A stretch of DNA of 64,000 bases from an uncultured bacterium (GTDB lineage Bacteria; Joyebacterota; Joyebacteria; Joyebacterales; Joyebacteraceae): NCBI GenBank assembly GCA_964516845.1, contig CAZEXP010000001.1, positions 124,665 to 188,664 of the forward strand. The letters run 5' to 3'. Of the stretch, positions 19,293 to 28,384 are shown one piece after another. The stretch's first letter is position 1. Each line of letters starts with the position of its first letter. A model generated the notes under the pieces. It saw only the letters and a list, made by a program, of their open reading frames with translations, ran no database searches and had not been told where the DNA came from. The translations under genes and the position numbers were made by a program.

Positions 19293-20225
19293 ATGATTCG
19301 AGTGAGCGCCGGAGTGATGGCGTACAACGAGGAGAAGAACATCGAGCGGCTGCTCGAGGCCCTCTCCGCACAGAACCTCAAGACGGTGGAGATCCGCGAG
19401 ATCATCGTGGTCTCGAGCGGTTCGACCGACGCGACCGACGGGATCGTGAGACGCTGGTCGTCCCGTGACGGGCGTGTGCGGCTGATCCGCCAGGAGGAGC
19501 GTCGCGGGAAATCATCCGCCATCAATCTTTTCCTTGCGGAGGCCCGCAAGGACACCGATGTCTACGTGCTCGAGAGCGGGGACACCGTGCCCCATCCGGA
19601 CTGCGTCGAGAACATGGTCGCGCCGTTCGCCGATGAGACGGTCGGGATGACCGGAGGACGGCCGACGCCGGTCGATGACGCCGACACGTTCATGGGATTC
19701 GTCGTTCACATGCTCTGGCGGCTGCACCACCGGTTGGCTCTGAAGACGCCGAAGCTCGGGGAGATGGTCGCGTTTCGCTCGTTCGTCACGAGGATCCCGC
19801 CCGAGAGCGCCGTCGATGAAGCATCTATCGAGGCCATCGTCGTCGAGCGCGGCAAGAGACTGCTCTACGCTCCCGAGGCCATCGTGTACAACAAGGGTGC
19901 CGCCACCGTGCGTGACTTCCTCAAGCAGCGCCGCAGGATCTATGCAGGACATCTCTGGCTCGAACGGGAACAGTCGTATGAGGTCTCGACCAAGAAGGTC
20001 GGCGGCATCCTCTCGGTACTCGTCGAGGACTTCCGGTTCTCGCCGAGGAATCTCGCATGGACGCTGAGCGGCGTCTGGCTCGAGTTCGTCGGCCGGCTTC
20101 TCGGGCTGTTCGATTTCCACGTCCTGGGCAGGAACCCTTTCACGTGGGACGTCTCCGAGACCACGAAGGACCTCAGCGACGTGCCGCCCGCCCACGCTCA
20201 CACCCGCACATCCGGAGACTCATGA
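19293..20225 (+). CDS. Glycosyltransferase family 2
   Basis: ATG 19293 with RBS ggagg. GT-A N-terminus (GVMAYNEEKNIERLLEAL) and acidic sugar-binding segment (SGSTDATD). Confidence 0.75.
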   Translation: MIRVSAGVMAYNEEKNIERLLEALSAQNLKTVEIREIIVVSSGSTDATDGIVRRWSSRDGRVRLIRQEERRGKSSAINLFLAEARKDTDVYVLESGDTVPHPDCVENMVAPFADETVGMTGGRPTPVDDADTFMGFVVHMLWRLHHRLALKTPKLGEMVAFRSFVTRIPPESAVDEASIEAIVVERGKRLLYAPEAIVYNKGAATVRDFLKQRRRIYAGHLWLEREQSYEVSTKKVGGILSVLVEDFRFSPRNLAWTLSGVWLEFVGRLLGLFDFHVLGRNPFTWDVSETTKDLSDVPPAHAHTRTSGDS

Positions 20226-21331
20226 TGCTGGGCGTCCTCGCTCGCATACCGCTCTACGGGGCGATGCGCACCTTCGGCCGGCCGCGGATGCTGCCGCTCA
20301 ACCTTACGGTGAGCGTGACCTACCGGTGCAACTCGCGTTGCCGCACCTGCAATGTCTACGAGCGGGAGGCGGTGGAGTTCACGTCAGAGGAGTTCGCGCG
20401 GGTGTTCCGCTCGCTGGGTCGCGCTCCGTACTGGTACACCATGAGCGGCGGAGAGCCGTTCCTCAGAAAGGATCTGCCCGAGATCTGCGCGAGCGCAGCC
20501 GAGGCCGGGGCGCCGGGCATCATCAACATCCCGACCAACGGCATCCTCAGCGATCGGATCCCGGACATGGTGCGGGAGATCGCGAGGGCGTGCCCGCGGA
20601 CTCAGATCATCATCAACCTGTCGATCGACGAGATCGGGGAACGGCACGACGAGATCCGGGGCGTCCCGGGCAACTTCGAGCGCGCGATGCGGACGTACGA
20701 GGGGCTCCGGGCGATCGACGCGTCCAACCTGACGGTCGGCGTGCACACGGTCATCTCGGTGCACAATGTCGCCCGCATCCCGGAGATCTACCGTCACGTC
20801 ATGCGTGACCTCGCGCCGGACTCCCTCATCACCGAAATCGCTGAGGAGCGCGTGGAACTCGGGACGCTGAACAGCGGCGTCACGCCGGCGCCGGGCGACT
20901 ACGCCGCCGCTGTCGACTTCCTCTCGGCCCGCCTGAAGGAGGAGGAGTTCCACGGGATCAGCCGCATCACGCAGTCGTTCCGCATCCGCTACTACGAGAT
21001 GGTCAAGCGCTACCTGCGGGAGCGGCGGCAGATCATCCCGTGCTACGCGGGAATCGCCTCGGCGCAGATCGCTCCCGACGGCGACGTCTGGTTCTGCTGC
21101 ATCGAGGCGACGTCCGTGGGCAACCTGCGAGACAGCGGATACGATTTCGGGGCCGTCTGGTTCGGCGAGGCGGCGGGCGAGCTCCGGCAGCGCGTGCGCG
21201 ACGGCCTCTGTTCTTGTCCGCTTGCCAACGCCGGATACACCAACATGCTGATGCACCCACCGACGCTGGCGTCCGTCGCCGCGCGGCTGGCGGTCCCGCA
21301 TCGCGCTCAGCGCGCGGGGGGCAAGCGATGA
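20222..21331 (+). CDS. Radical SAM enzyme with C-terminal SPASM/twitch-like Cys cluster
   Basis: CNSRCRTC (CxxxCxxC). C-terminal Cys-rich region CYAG...FCC...CSC. ATGA overlap with the upstream GT2. Confidence 0.8.
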   Translation: MMLGVLARIPLYGAMRTFGRPRMLPLNLTVSVTYRCNSRCRTCNVYEREAVEFTSEEFARVFRSLGRAPYWYTMSGGEPFLRKDLPEICASAAEAGAPGIINIPTNGILSDRIPDMVREIARACPRTQIIINLSIDEIGERHDEIRGVPGNFERAMRTYEGLRAIDASNLTVGVHTVISVHNVARIPEIYRHVMRDLAPDSLITEIAEERVELGTLNSGVTPAPGDYAAAVDFLSARLKEEEFHGISRITQSFRIRYYEMVKRYLRERRQIIPCYAGIASAQIAPDGDVWFCCIEATSVGNLRDSGYDFGAVWFGEAAGELRQRVRDGLCSCPLANAGYTNMLMHPPTLASVAARLAVPHRAQRAGGKR

Positions 21332-22467
21332 GGGTCGTGCTCGGCGAGGTCCGCTCGTACGACGTTGCCGCCATCCGGAGTATGGTGGAGCGCGCTCTGG
21401 CCGACCTCGACATGTCCTTCGCGGGGGCGCGGACGGCGATCGTCAAGCCGAACATCGTGACGGGACGCCGTCCGGACTCGGGTGTCGTGACACATCCGGC
21501 CGTCGTCGAGGCGATCGTGCAGATGCTCCGGGACGCCGGGGTGTCGCGTATCACTCTGGCGGACGGCCCCGGCGTCGGGCTCGACAGCGACTGGGTCTTC
21601 GAGAAATCCGGGTACCGGGCGCTGGCCGACAGGCTCGGCGTCGAGCTGGTGACGTTCAACGGGATTGCGCGGCGGAAGCGGGAGTGGAAGTACGGTGAGG
21701 TCGGGATCCCCGAGATACTCGAGGACGCCGATCTCTACATCAACGTGCCGAAGATGAAGACGCACGGCTACACGACCGTGACGCTCTCGATGAAGAATCA
21801 CAAGGGCATGCTCTCGCAGGCCGACAAGAAGCTCGATCATCACCTCGGGCTGCACGAGCCGCTGGCCGAACAGGCCCGTCTGCGTCCGCCCGACCTCATC
21901 GTGCTCGACGGGATCGTCGGGATCGAGGGAGACGGCCCTCTCAACGGCAAGCGCGTTCATGCGAACCTCCTGGCGGTCGGGACCAACATGCTCGCGGTCG
22001 ACGCGACCGTGGCAAGACACATGGGGATCGAACCGACCGAGATCAAGCATCTCGTGTTCGCGGCGGAGAAAGGCCTCGGGACGCTCGACCCGGACGTCAC
22101 AGGGACGGCTCCGACGCGCCGCTTCGCCAGGGCGAACGAGGAGTATGGACGGGTCGGCAACATCTACTCGTGGCGCGACTGCACGGCGTGCTCGATGTGC
22201 ATCGACTCGTTCGGCGGGGCGGTCTCACTGGCCCTCAAGGAGCCGCGGTACTGGTTCACGCTGGTTCCGAAGCTGGCATGGTGGGGGCTTATCGGAGGGC
22301 TGCACATCGTTCAGGGCCGCGAGGGTCGACTGCCGAACCGGCCGGGCAAGGTGATCTGCTTCGGGAAATGCACCGGCGAACTCGCCGCCCGAGAGGGTCT
22401 CACGCACCTGGCGGGATGTCCGCCGACGGCTCGTGAAGTGGCCGAGGCTCTCAGGAAAGGACTCTGA
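21328..22467 (+). CDS. DUF362-family protein with C-terminal Cys-rich (ferredoxin-like) region
   Basis: ATG 21328 in ATGA overlap. DUF362-like core (IVKPNIV...HPAVVEAIV...INVPKMKTH). C-terminal CTACSMC / CFGKC / GC motifs. Confidence 0.7.
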   Translation: MRVVLGEVRSYDVAAIRSMVERALADLDMSFAGARTAIVKPNIVTGRRPDSGVVTHPAVVEAIVQMLRDAGVSRITLADGPGVGLDSDWVFEKSGYRALADRLGVELVTFNGIARRKREWKYGEVGIPEILEDADLYINVPKMKTHGYTTVTLSMKNHKGMLSQADKKLDHHLGLHEPLAEQARLRPPDLIVLDGIVGIEGDGPLNGKRVHANLLAVGTNMLAVDATVARHMGIEPTEIKHLVFAAEKGLGTLDPDVTGTAPTRRFARANEEYGRVGNIYSWRDCTACSMCIDSFGGAVSLALKEPRYWFTLVPKLAWWGLIGGLHIVQGREGRLPNRPGKVICFGKCTGELAAREGLTHLAGCPPTAREVAEALRKGL

Positions 22468-22470
22468 CGG

Positions 22471-23310
22471 ATGGCCGTAGTCGACCGCGACACCGGTCTG
22501 GGGACCACGTACGAGCGCATCGCAGTGGCCTTGATGCTCGAGCGTTTCGCGGCGCGGCACGACGTGTCGCGCGTGCTCGAGGGGCCGGTGGACGGCATCA
22601 CGGGCATCGCCGGACTCAACAGCATTCCGCTCGCGCAGCGGGGAGCGCGGGTCGATCTTCTCCTTGGAGACAGCGGTCAGCGCGAACTCGCAGGGCGGAT
22701 CTGGCACGGTCTGGGGCTCGCGGACCGATCGAGCATCCGGGTGAGCGAGAACGGGATGCTGTCCGTCCCCGAGCGGTCATACGACCTGGTGTGGAACTTC
22801 AATGCGTTGCCGCAGTCGAAGGACCCCGCGCGCCTGGTCGCGGAGATGTGTGACGCCAGCAACCGCTACGTGATGATCTTCGTCTCGAACACGTGGAACT
22901 ACGGATTCCCGGTGCACCGTCTCCATCACCACGCGGCGCATGAGGACTGGACCCACGGCGACATCGCGTCGATGAACGTGCCCAAGATCGAACGGATGCT
23001 CCGGGACCGTGGATTCGCATCGCGAGAGCGCCTGGTCGTCGACACACCGTGGTGGCCCGACATCGACTCGCCGATCGAGGAGGTCATAGCGACCTTCCTT
23101 CCGTTCCTCAGGCGCCGGGTATCGGGTTCTAAGCGGCTCGAGCACTACACATGGACATGGGATGCCCTCCCGTATTTCGACATGGACAAGCGGAAGCGGC
23201 TGATGGACGAGATCGGAAAGCACTTCGTCATCGAACGTTCGGCTCCGGGCGCGCTGAAGATCCTGTTCGCACATCACCGCGGCGTGCTGGCCGAGAGGAC
23301 GAACGAGTGA
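22471..23310 (+). CDS. Putative class I SAM-dependent methyltransferase-like protein
   Basis: Glycine-rich loop VLEGPVDGITGIAG and acidic segment YDLVWNFNAL. Weak family assignment. Confidence 0.5.
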   Translation: MAVVDRDTGLGTTYERIAVALMLERFAARHDVSRVLEGPVDGITGIAGLNSIPLAQRGARVDLLLGDSGQRELAGRIWHGLGLADRSSIRVSENGMLSVPERSYDLVWNFNALPQSKDPARLVAEMCDASNRYVMIFVSNTWNYGFPVHRLHHHAAHEDWTHGDIASMNVPKIERMLRDRGFASRERLVVDTPWWPDIDSPIEEVIATFLPFLRRRVSGSKRLEHYTWTWDALPYFDMDKRKRLMDEIGKHFVIERSAPGALKILFAHHRGVLAERTNE

Positions 23311-24377
23311 GTCGTAGAAACCGCATACTGATCGCCCTCGTGGTCGGCTGCGTCCTGCTGGCCGTCGCCCTGAGGGGGCTTGATCTCAGGAGCATCGGCG
23401 CGCGCATCGGGAGCGCCGACCCGCGGTGGCTTGCGCTCGCAGCGTTGGTCTATCTCTCGGCCTACTTCGTGCGGAGCCTCAGGTGGCGTCTCATCCTGCG
23501 TCCGATCGAACGCGTCACCGTGCGTGAGAGCTTCGCGATGCTCATGGCCGGGTACTTTCTCAACTACCTCATCCCGATCCGTGCCGGCGAGGTTGCGAAG
23601 TCGTTCTTCCTGAAGCGCATGAAGGGCGTGCCGATCGCCACGAGCCTGCCGACCGTCTTCGTCGACAAGCTGCTCGAGCTCTTCTCGATACTGCTCGTCA
23701 TCGTGATGGTGCCGGTCCTGTCGGTTCGGCTCTCAGGATCACTCGCGTCTCTGATCGTTGCAGTCCTCGTTGTCTTCGTCATGGCTGTCGGGCTGCTGCT
23801 TCTCGCGATCCGGAAGCGCGAAGCTACGGTGCGGCTGATCTGCAGGCTCCTCTCGTGGCTTCCCCGCCGGGCGTACGATCGCATCTCTTCATGGCTGGGG
23901 TTGTTCATCAACGGACTGTCGATGTCGGCCTCGACGGTGCGTGGTCTGTGGGGACTGCTGGCGCTCACCGGCTGCGCGGTCCTGCTCGACGCCGTCTACT
24001 TCCGGCTGATGTTCCTGGCTTTCGACATTCCCGTGAGCTACCCGATCGTGCTCTTCGGCTATACACTGATATCCCTGTCGTATATTCTCCCGACACCGCC
24101 CGCGCAGATAGGCTACAACGAGATGATCATGGAGCTGATCTTCGCTGCCGGACTCGGAATGTCCCGTCCCGACGTGATGGTCGTCATGCTCCTCGCGCAC
24201 CCGCTGACGGGCATTCTCATCACATTGGTCGGGCTCTGGTCGTTCTCATCGATGAGCATTCGCCTGACGGAGAGCTTTCGGCAGATCGAGGAAGAAGGAG
24301 CACTCGCGGGAGCGTCCGCGGACGCGTGTCCGTCACCGGGACCACCGCGCATTGACCAGCAGGGGAGGAATCAGTGA
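23307..24377 (+). CDS. UPF0104 / lysylphosphatidylglycerol-synthase-TM-like (flippase-like) membrane protein
   Basis: GTG 23307 in GTGA overlap. N-terminus RILIALVVGCVLLAVALRGLDL...WLALAALVYLSAYFVRSLRW typical of the family. Eight predicted TM segments. Confidence 0.7.
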   Translation: MSRRNRILIALVVGCVLLAVALRGLDLRSIGARIGSADPRWLALAALVYLSAYFVRSLRWRLILRPIERVTVRESFAMLMAGYFLNYLIPIRAGEVAKSFFLKRMKGVPIATSLPTVFVDKLLELFSILLVIVMVPVLSVRLSGSLASLIVAVLVVFVMAVGLLLLAIRKREATVRLICRLLSWLPRRAYDRISSWLGLFINGLSMSASTVRGLWGLLALTGCAVLLDAVYFRLMFLAFDIPVSYPIVLFGYTLISLSYILPTPPAQIGYNEMIMELIFAAGLGMSRPDVMVVMLLAHPLTGILITLVGLWSFSSMSIRLTESFRQIEEEGALAGASADACPSPGPPRIDQQGRNQ

Positions 24378-25330
24378 AGCGCTATCTCGTGACCGGCGCG
24401 GCGGGCTTCATCGGCTCGCACCTGGCGGAACGTCTCATCGGTACCGGGGCCGAGGTCGTCGGGGTCGACTGCTTCACCGACTACTACAGGAGAGAGATCA
24501 AGGAGTCGAATCTCGAGAGTCTTCGGGGATCCGACCGCTTCCAAATCATTGAGGCGGACCTGGCGACCGCGGAACTCGAACCACTCCTCGACGGCGTCGA
24601 CGGGGTGCTTCACATGGCGGCCCAGGCGGGAGTACGCGCGAGCTGGGGCAGCAGCTTCCAGACCTACCTCGACTGCAACGTCCGCTCGACCCAGCGTCTC
24701 CTCGAGGCCGTCAAGGACCGGCCGCTGGACCGCTTCGTCTACGCCTCGTCCTCATCGGTCTACGGCCAGACGGACGATCTCCCCATGCGCGAACGCGGTC
24801 TGACCTGCCCGGTCTCGCCGTACGGGGTGACGAAGCTGGCCGGCGAACACCTGGCGGTTCTCTACCACCGGAACTACGGGGTCCCCACGGTCTCGCTGCG
24901 GTTCTTCACGGTCTACGGACCGCGGCAGCGCCCGGACATGGCGTTCCATCGCTTCCTCAGGGCGGGCATGCTTGGTCAGCCCGTCGAGATATACGGCGAC
25001 GGCCGCCAGACGCGCGATTTCACGTATGTCGATGATACCGTCAGCGGCATCGTGGCCGCTCTGGAGCAGGGGCCGCCCGGAGAGGTCTTCAATCTCGGAG
25101 GCGGGGGAAGCGTCACGCTCAACCATGCCGTCGACCTCATAGAGGGATTGGTCGGTCGAAGCCTCGACAGGAAATACGGCGACCAGCAGATGGGCGACGT
25201 CAGCGACACCCGCGCGGACAACTCGAAGGCGCGCGAGATTCTCGGATTCAAGCCAGCCTCGAGTCTCGAAGCGGGTCTTGCGAGAGAGTTCGAGTGGGTT
25301 GCCGGGCTTTATCGGAACGAATCGGTCTGA
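24374..25330 (+). CDS. NAD-dependent nucleotide-sugar epimerase/dehydratase
   Basis: VTGAAGFIGSHL Rossmann motif and SDR catalytic YxxxK segment (PYGVTK). Confidence 0.85.
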   Translation: MKRYLVTGAAGFIGSHLAERLIGTGAEVVGVDCFTDYYRREIKESNLESLRGSDRFQIIEADLATAELEPLLDGVDGVLHMAAQAGVRASWGSSFQTYLDCNVRSTQRLLEAVKDRPLDRFVYASSSSVYGQTDDLPMRERGLTCPVSPYGVTKLAGEHLAVLYHRNYGVPTVSLRFFTVYGPRQRPDMAFHRFLRAGMLGQPVEIYGDGRQTRDFTYVDDTVSGIVAALEQGPPGEVFNLGGGGSVTLNHAVDLIEGLVGRSLDRKYGDQQMGDVSDTRADNSKAREILGFKPASSLEAGLAREFEWVAGLYRNESV

Positions 25331-25346
25331 CGAAGGAGTGACACAC

Positions 25347-26291
25347 ATGACGGTGACGATACTGATCCCGCTCTACAACGAAGAGGGGAGTCTCCGGGAA
25401 CTCGTGGAGGCCATCTCGGCGGCGATGTCGCCAACGGGCTGGGCCTGGGAGATCCTCTTCATCAATGACGGGAGCACGGACGGGTCCCTCGATATACTTC
25501 GTGAGCTGTACGACTCGCGGGACAACATCGAGGTCATCTCTTTCGGACGGAACAGCGGGAAGGCGGCCGGCCTGGCCGTCGGGTTCGCCGAGGCGCGGGG
25601 CGACGTGGTCATCACGATGGACGCGGACCTTCAGGACGATCCCGCCGAGATCCCCGGAATGATCCGGATGCTCGATGAGGGATACGACCTCGTCTCCGGC
25701 TGGAAGAAGGAGCGGCACGACCCACTGTCGAAGCGCATCCCGTCGAAGCTCTTCAACGGCGTCACACGGATGGTCAGCGGGCTGACGCTTCATGACATGA
25801 ACTGCGGCCTGAAGGCCTACCGGCGAGACGTCGTCAAGACCATCAGGGTCTACGGCGAGCTCCACCGGTACACGCCGGTCCTCGCACACTTTGCGGGTTT
25901 CCGTGTGACCGAGACCGTGGTCCGTCACCACGCAAGGAAGTTCGGTCAGTCGAAGTACGGCATCGAGCGGTTCGCGCGAGGCGGCTTCGATCTTCTCACG
26001 GTGCTCTTCCTGCGGCGCTATCTCACACGACCTCTCCACCTGTTCGGGATGCTCGGTTCCATCCTTTTCGCGGGCGGGTTCGGTATCGGCGTCTATCTCA
26101 CGGTCGTGAAGATCATGGGCGGAGCGATCGGCAGACGCCCGCTCCTGACCCTCGGCATCCTGCTGATGGTCGTCGGTGTCCAGTTCGTGTCGCTCGGGCT
26201 CCTCGGCGAGATGATCGCCAATCTCAGGAGCACCGGGATCACGTATCCTATCCTCGAGCACCTCAAGCCGCGCGGAGGGAGTCGTGGTTGA
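25347..26291 (+). CDS. Polyprenyl-phosphate sugar synthase, GT2 (GtrB/ArnC/DPM1-like) with C-terminal TM helices
   Basis: ILIPLYNEEGSL...INDGSTDGS...DADLQDDP...KYGIERF plus two C-terminal TM segments, the typical GtrB architecture. Confidence 0.8.
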   Translation: MTVTILIPLYNEEGSLRELVEAISAAMSPTGWAWEILFINDGSTDGSLDILRELYDSRDNIEVISFGRNSGKAAGLAVGFAEARGDVVITMDADLQDDPAEIPGMIRMLDEGYDLVSGWKKERHDPLSKRIPSKLFNGVTRMVSGLTLHDMNCGLKAYRRDVVKTIRVYGELHRYTPVLAHFAGFRVTETVVRHHARKFGQSKYGIERFARGGFDLLTVLFLRRYLTRPLHLFGMLGSILFAGGFGIGVYLTVVKIMGGAIGRRPLLTLGILLMVVGVQFVSLGLLGEMIANLRSTGITYPILEHLKPRGGSRG

Positions 26292-27474
26292 TGCGCCGAC
26301 CTCCGAGACCAGGGGTCTGACGGACGAGGCCGCTCGAATCGCGATCGTCGGGCCGGCCTATCCGCTGCGCGGCGGAAACGCGCTCTTCGTGGCGCATCTG
26401 CTCGATGCGCTACGGCAGGACCACGACGTGTACGTCGTCTCCTACAGCCGTCTCTACCCGGGGCTGCTCTTTCCCGGCAAGACGCAGATGAACGTCAGCC
26501 GTGACCCGGTGAAGACGACGCCATCGCGGCAGCTGGTTGACTCGATCAATCCCATCAGCTGGTTTCGGACAGCCCGATGGATCTGCGCGCCGAAACGTCG
26601 TCCCGACCTCGTCGTGTTCACGTGGTGGAACCCGTTCTTCGGACCGGCTCTCGGCGCGATCGCGCGACTTGTGAAGCGTGGATGCGGAGCCGGAGTGGTG
26701 TTCGTCGCTGAGAACGTGGTGTCACACGAGAACCGTTTCGTCGATCGCTTCCTGACTCGGTACGCTCTGGCGTCCGCCGACTACTTCCTCGTTCTCTCCG
26801 GGGTCGTGGCCCGGCGGATTCAGTCGCTCTTTCCGGGCGTCCCGGTGCGGCAGGCAGCGCTTCCCATCTATGACTGCTATCGCGCCGATGAGATCGACCG
26901 TGATGCGGTCCGGTCCAGACTCGGGCTGACGAAACCGACGATCCTCTTCTTCGGATACGTCCGAGCCTACAAGGGGCTTCAGTATCTGCTCGAAGCCATG
27001 CCGGCCGTTCTCGAGAAGCACGATGTCCAGCTTCTGGTCGTCGGCGAGTTCTACGATGAACAGCAGCGCTACGAACGGCTGATCGCCGCGCTTGATATCG
27101 GCGAGGCGGTCACCGTCGTCGCGGAGCACGTTCCCGATGAGGCTGTCGGCGAGTACTTCGTGGCGTCGGACGTCGTGGCACTCCCGTATCTCTCCGCGAC
27201 CCAGAGCGGGATCACCCAGATAGCGTACGCCTTCGGACTTCCCGTCATCAGCACGAACGTCGGCGGTCTTCCCGAGGTAGTCAAGGACGGGAGAACGGGC
27301 TATGTTGTAGAGTCGGGCAGCGCTGCGGCGCTCTCGGCCGCCATCGTCCGCTTCTTCGAGGGCGACGAGCAGGCGAAGCTGACACGCGGCGTCGCCGAAG
27401 AGGCGCGGGCCGACCAGGCGGGGGAACTCATGCGTCGCTCGATCGAGGACTTCCTCGAACTCAACAGGGGGTAG
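26284..27474 (+). CDS. Glycosyltransferase family 4 (GT-B)
   Basis: C-terminal GT4 block (YLSATQSGITQIAYAFGLPVISTNVGGLPEVV). Confidence 0.8.
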   Translation: MVDAPTSETRGLTDEAARIAIVGPAYPLRGGNALFVAHLLDALRQDHDVYVVSYSRLYPGLLFPGKTQMNVSRDPVKTTPSRQLVDSINPISWFRTARWICAPKRRPDLVVFTWWNPFFGPALGAIARLVKRGCGAGVVFVAENVVSHENRFVDRFLTRYALASADYFLVLSGVVARRIQSLFPGVPVRQAALPIYDCYRADEIDRDAVRSRLGLTKPTILFFGYVRAYKGLQYLLEAMPAVLEKHDVQLLVVGEFYDEQQRYERLIAALDIGEAVTVVAEHVPDEAVGEYFVASDVVALPYLSATQSGITQIAYAFGLPVISTNVGGLPEVVKDGRTGYVVESGSAAALSAAIVRFFEGDEQAKLTRGVAEEARADQAGELMRRSIEDFLELNRG

Positions 27475-27475
27475 C

Positions 27476-28384
27476 ATGCCGGACCCGGCGGTCACTGCGG
27501 TTGTGATCAACTGGAACGGGATACCCGTGATCGAGGCATGTCTCGCGTCGCTTCTCGACTCGACGTATGAGCGGCTCTCGGTTCTGGTGGTCGACAACGC
27601 CTCCGAGGACGATTCGGTCTCCGTCATCCGAGAACGCTACCCGGCCGTCCGCATCGAAAGTACAGGGAGGAATCTCGGCTACGCCGGGGGCGCGAATCAC
27701 GGCCTCAGGGCCGCGCGCGCTTCCGGGGCGGCGTATGTTCTCCTGATGAATAACGACGTGGAGATCGCGCCGGATGCCGTTGGGGAGCTGGTTCGGGCCG
27801 CCGAGGAACACCCGGACGCCATGCTGCTCGGTCCGAAGATCTACTACTTCGACCGGCCGGACGTCATCTGGTCCGCCGGTGGGGTCGTGTCGTTCTGGAC
27901 CGGCAACATCCGGCACCTGGGGATCCGGGAGCAGGACCACGGGCAGTTCGACGAACTCCGCGAGGTCGACTATCTGACGGGGTGCGCCGTGCTGCTCCCG
28001 GCGCGGACGCTCGAGACGGTCGGCGAGCTCGATGAGACGTACTACATGTACAACGAGGACACCGACTGGTCGACCCGCGTCATACGGTCGGGCGGAAAGG
28101 TCCTCTACGTGCCGTCGGCCCGGCTCTGGCACAAGGTGTCGTCGAGTTCGGGAGGGGGCCTGACGAGCTACAAGATCTATCACCGGATACGCAGCACGCT
28201 GGCGTATTTCAGACGATATGCGGCGTGGTACCAGTGGTTCGGCATCCTGCCCGCGACAGCGGCGCGGACGATCACGTTCGCCTTTGCGCAGATAGCGCAC
28301 GGCGAGGGGGGGCGCGTCTCAGCGCTCATTCGCGGGATAGCCGACGGCGCCACGGGGAGGCGGAGGGGCTACACGAATGACTAG
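27476..28384 (+). CDS. Glycosyltransferase family 2 (rhamnosyltransferase-like)
   Basis: VVINWNGIPVIEACLASL...VVDNASEDDS...LLMNNDV...TGCAVLL. Confidence 0.8.
   Translation: MPDPAVTAVVINWNGIPVIEACLASLLDSTYERLSVLVVDNASEDDSVSVIRERYPAVRIESTGRNLGYAGGANHGLRAARASGAAYVLLMNNDVEIAPDAVGELVRAAEEHPDAMLLGPKIYYFDRPDVIWSAGGVVSFWTGNIRHLGIREQDHGQFDELREVDYLTGCAVLLPARTLETVGELDETYYMYNEDTDWSTRVIRSGGKVLYVPSARLWHKVSSSSGGGLTSYKIYHRIRSTLAYFRRYAAWYQWFGILPATAARTITFAFAQIAHGEGGRVSALIRGIADGATGRRRGYTND

Noticed and set aside
19293-21331. Mycofactocin-like or RiPP system (GT2 followed by SPASM radical SAM)
   Set aside because: No precursor peptide, RRE or MftB/D/E genes. Both gene junctions are 4-nt overlaps, leaving no room for a small ORF. 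Interpreted as sugar-pathway radical chemistry instead.
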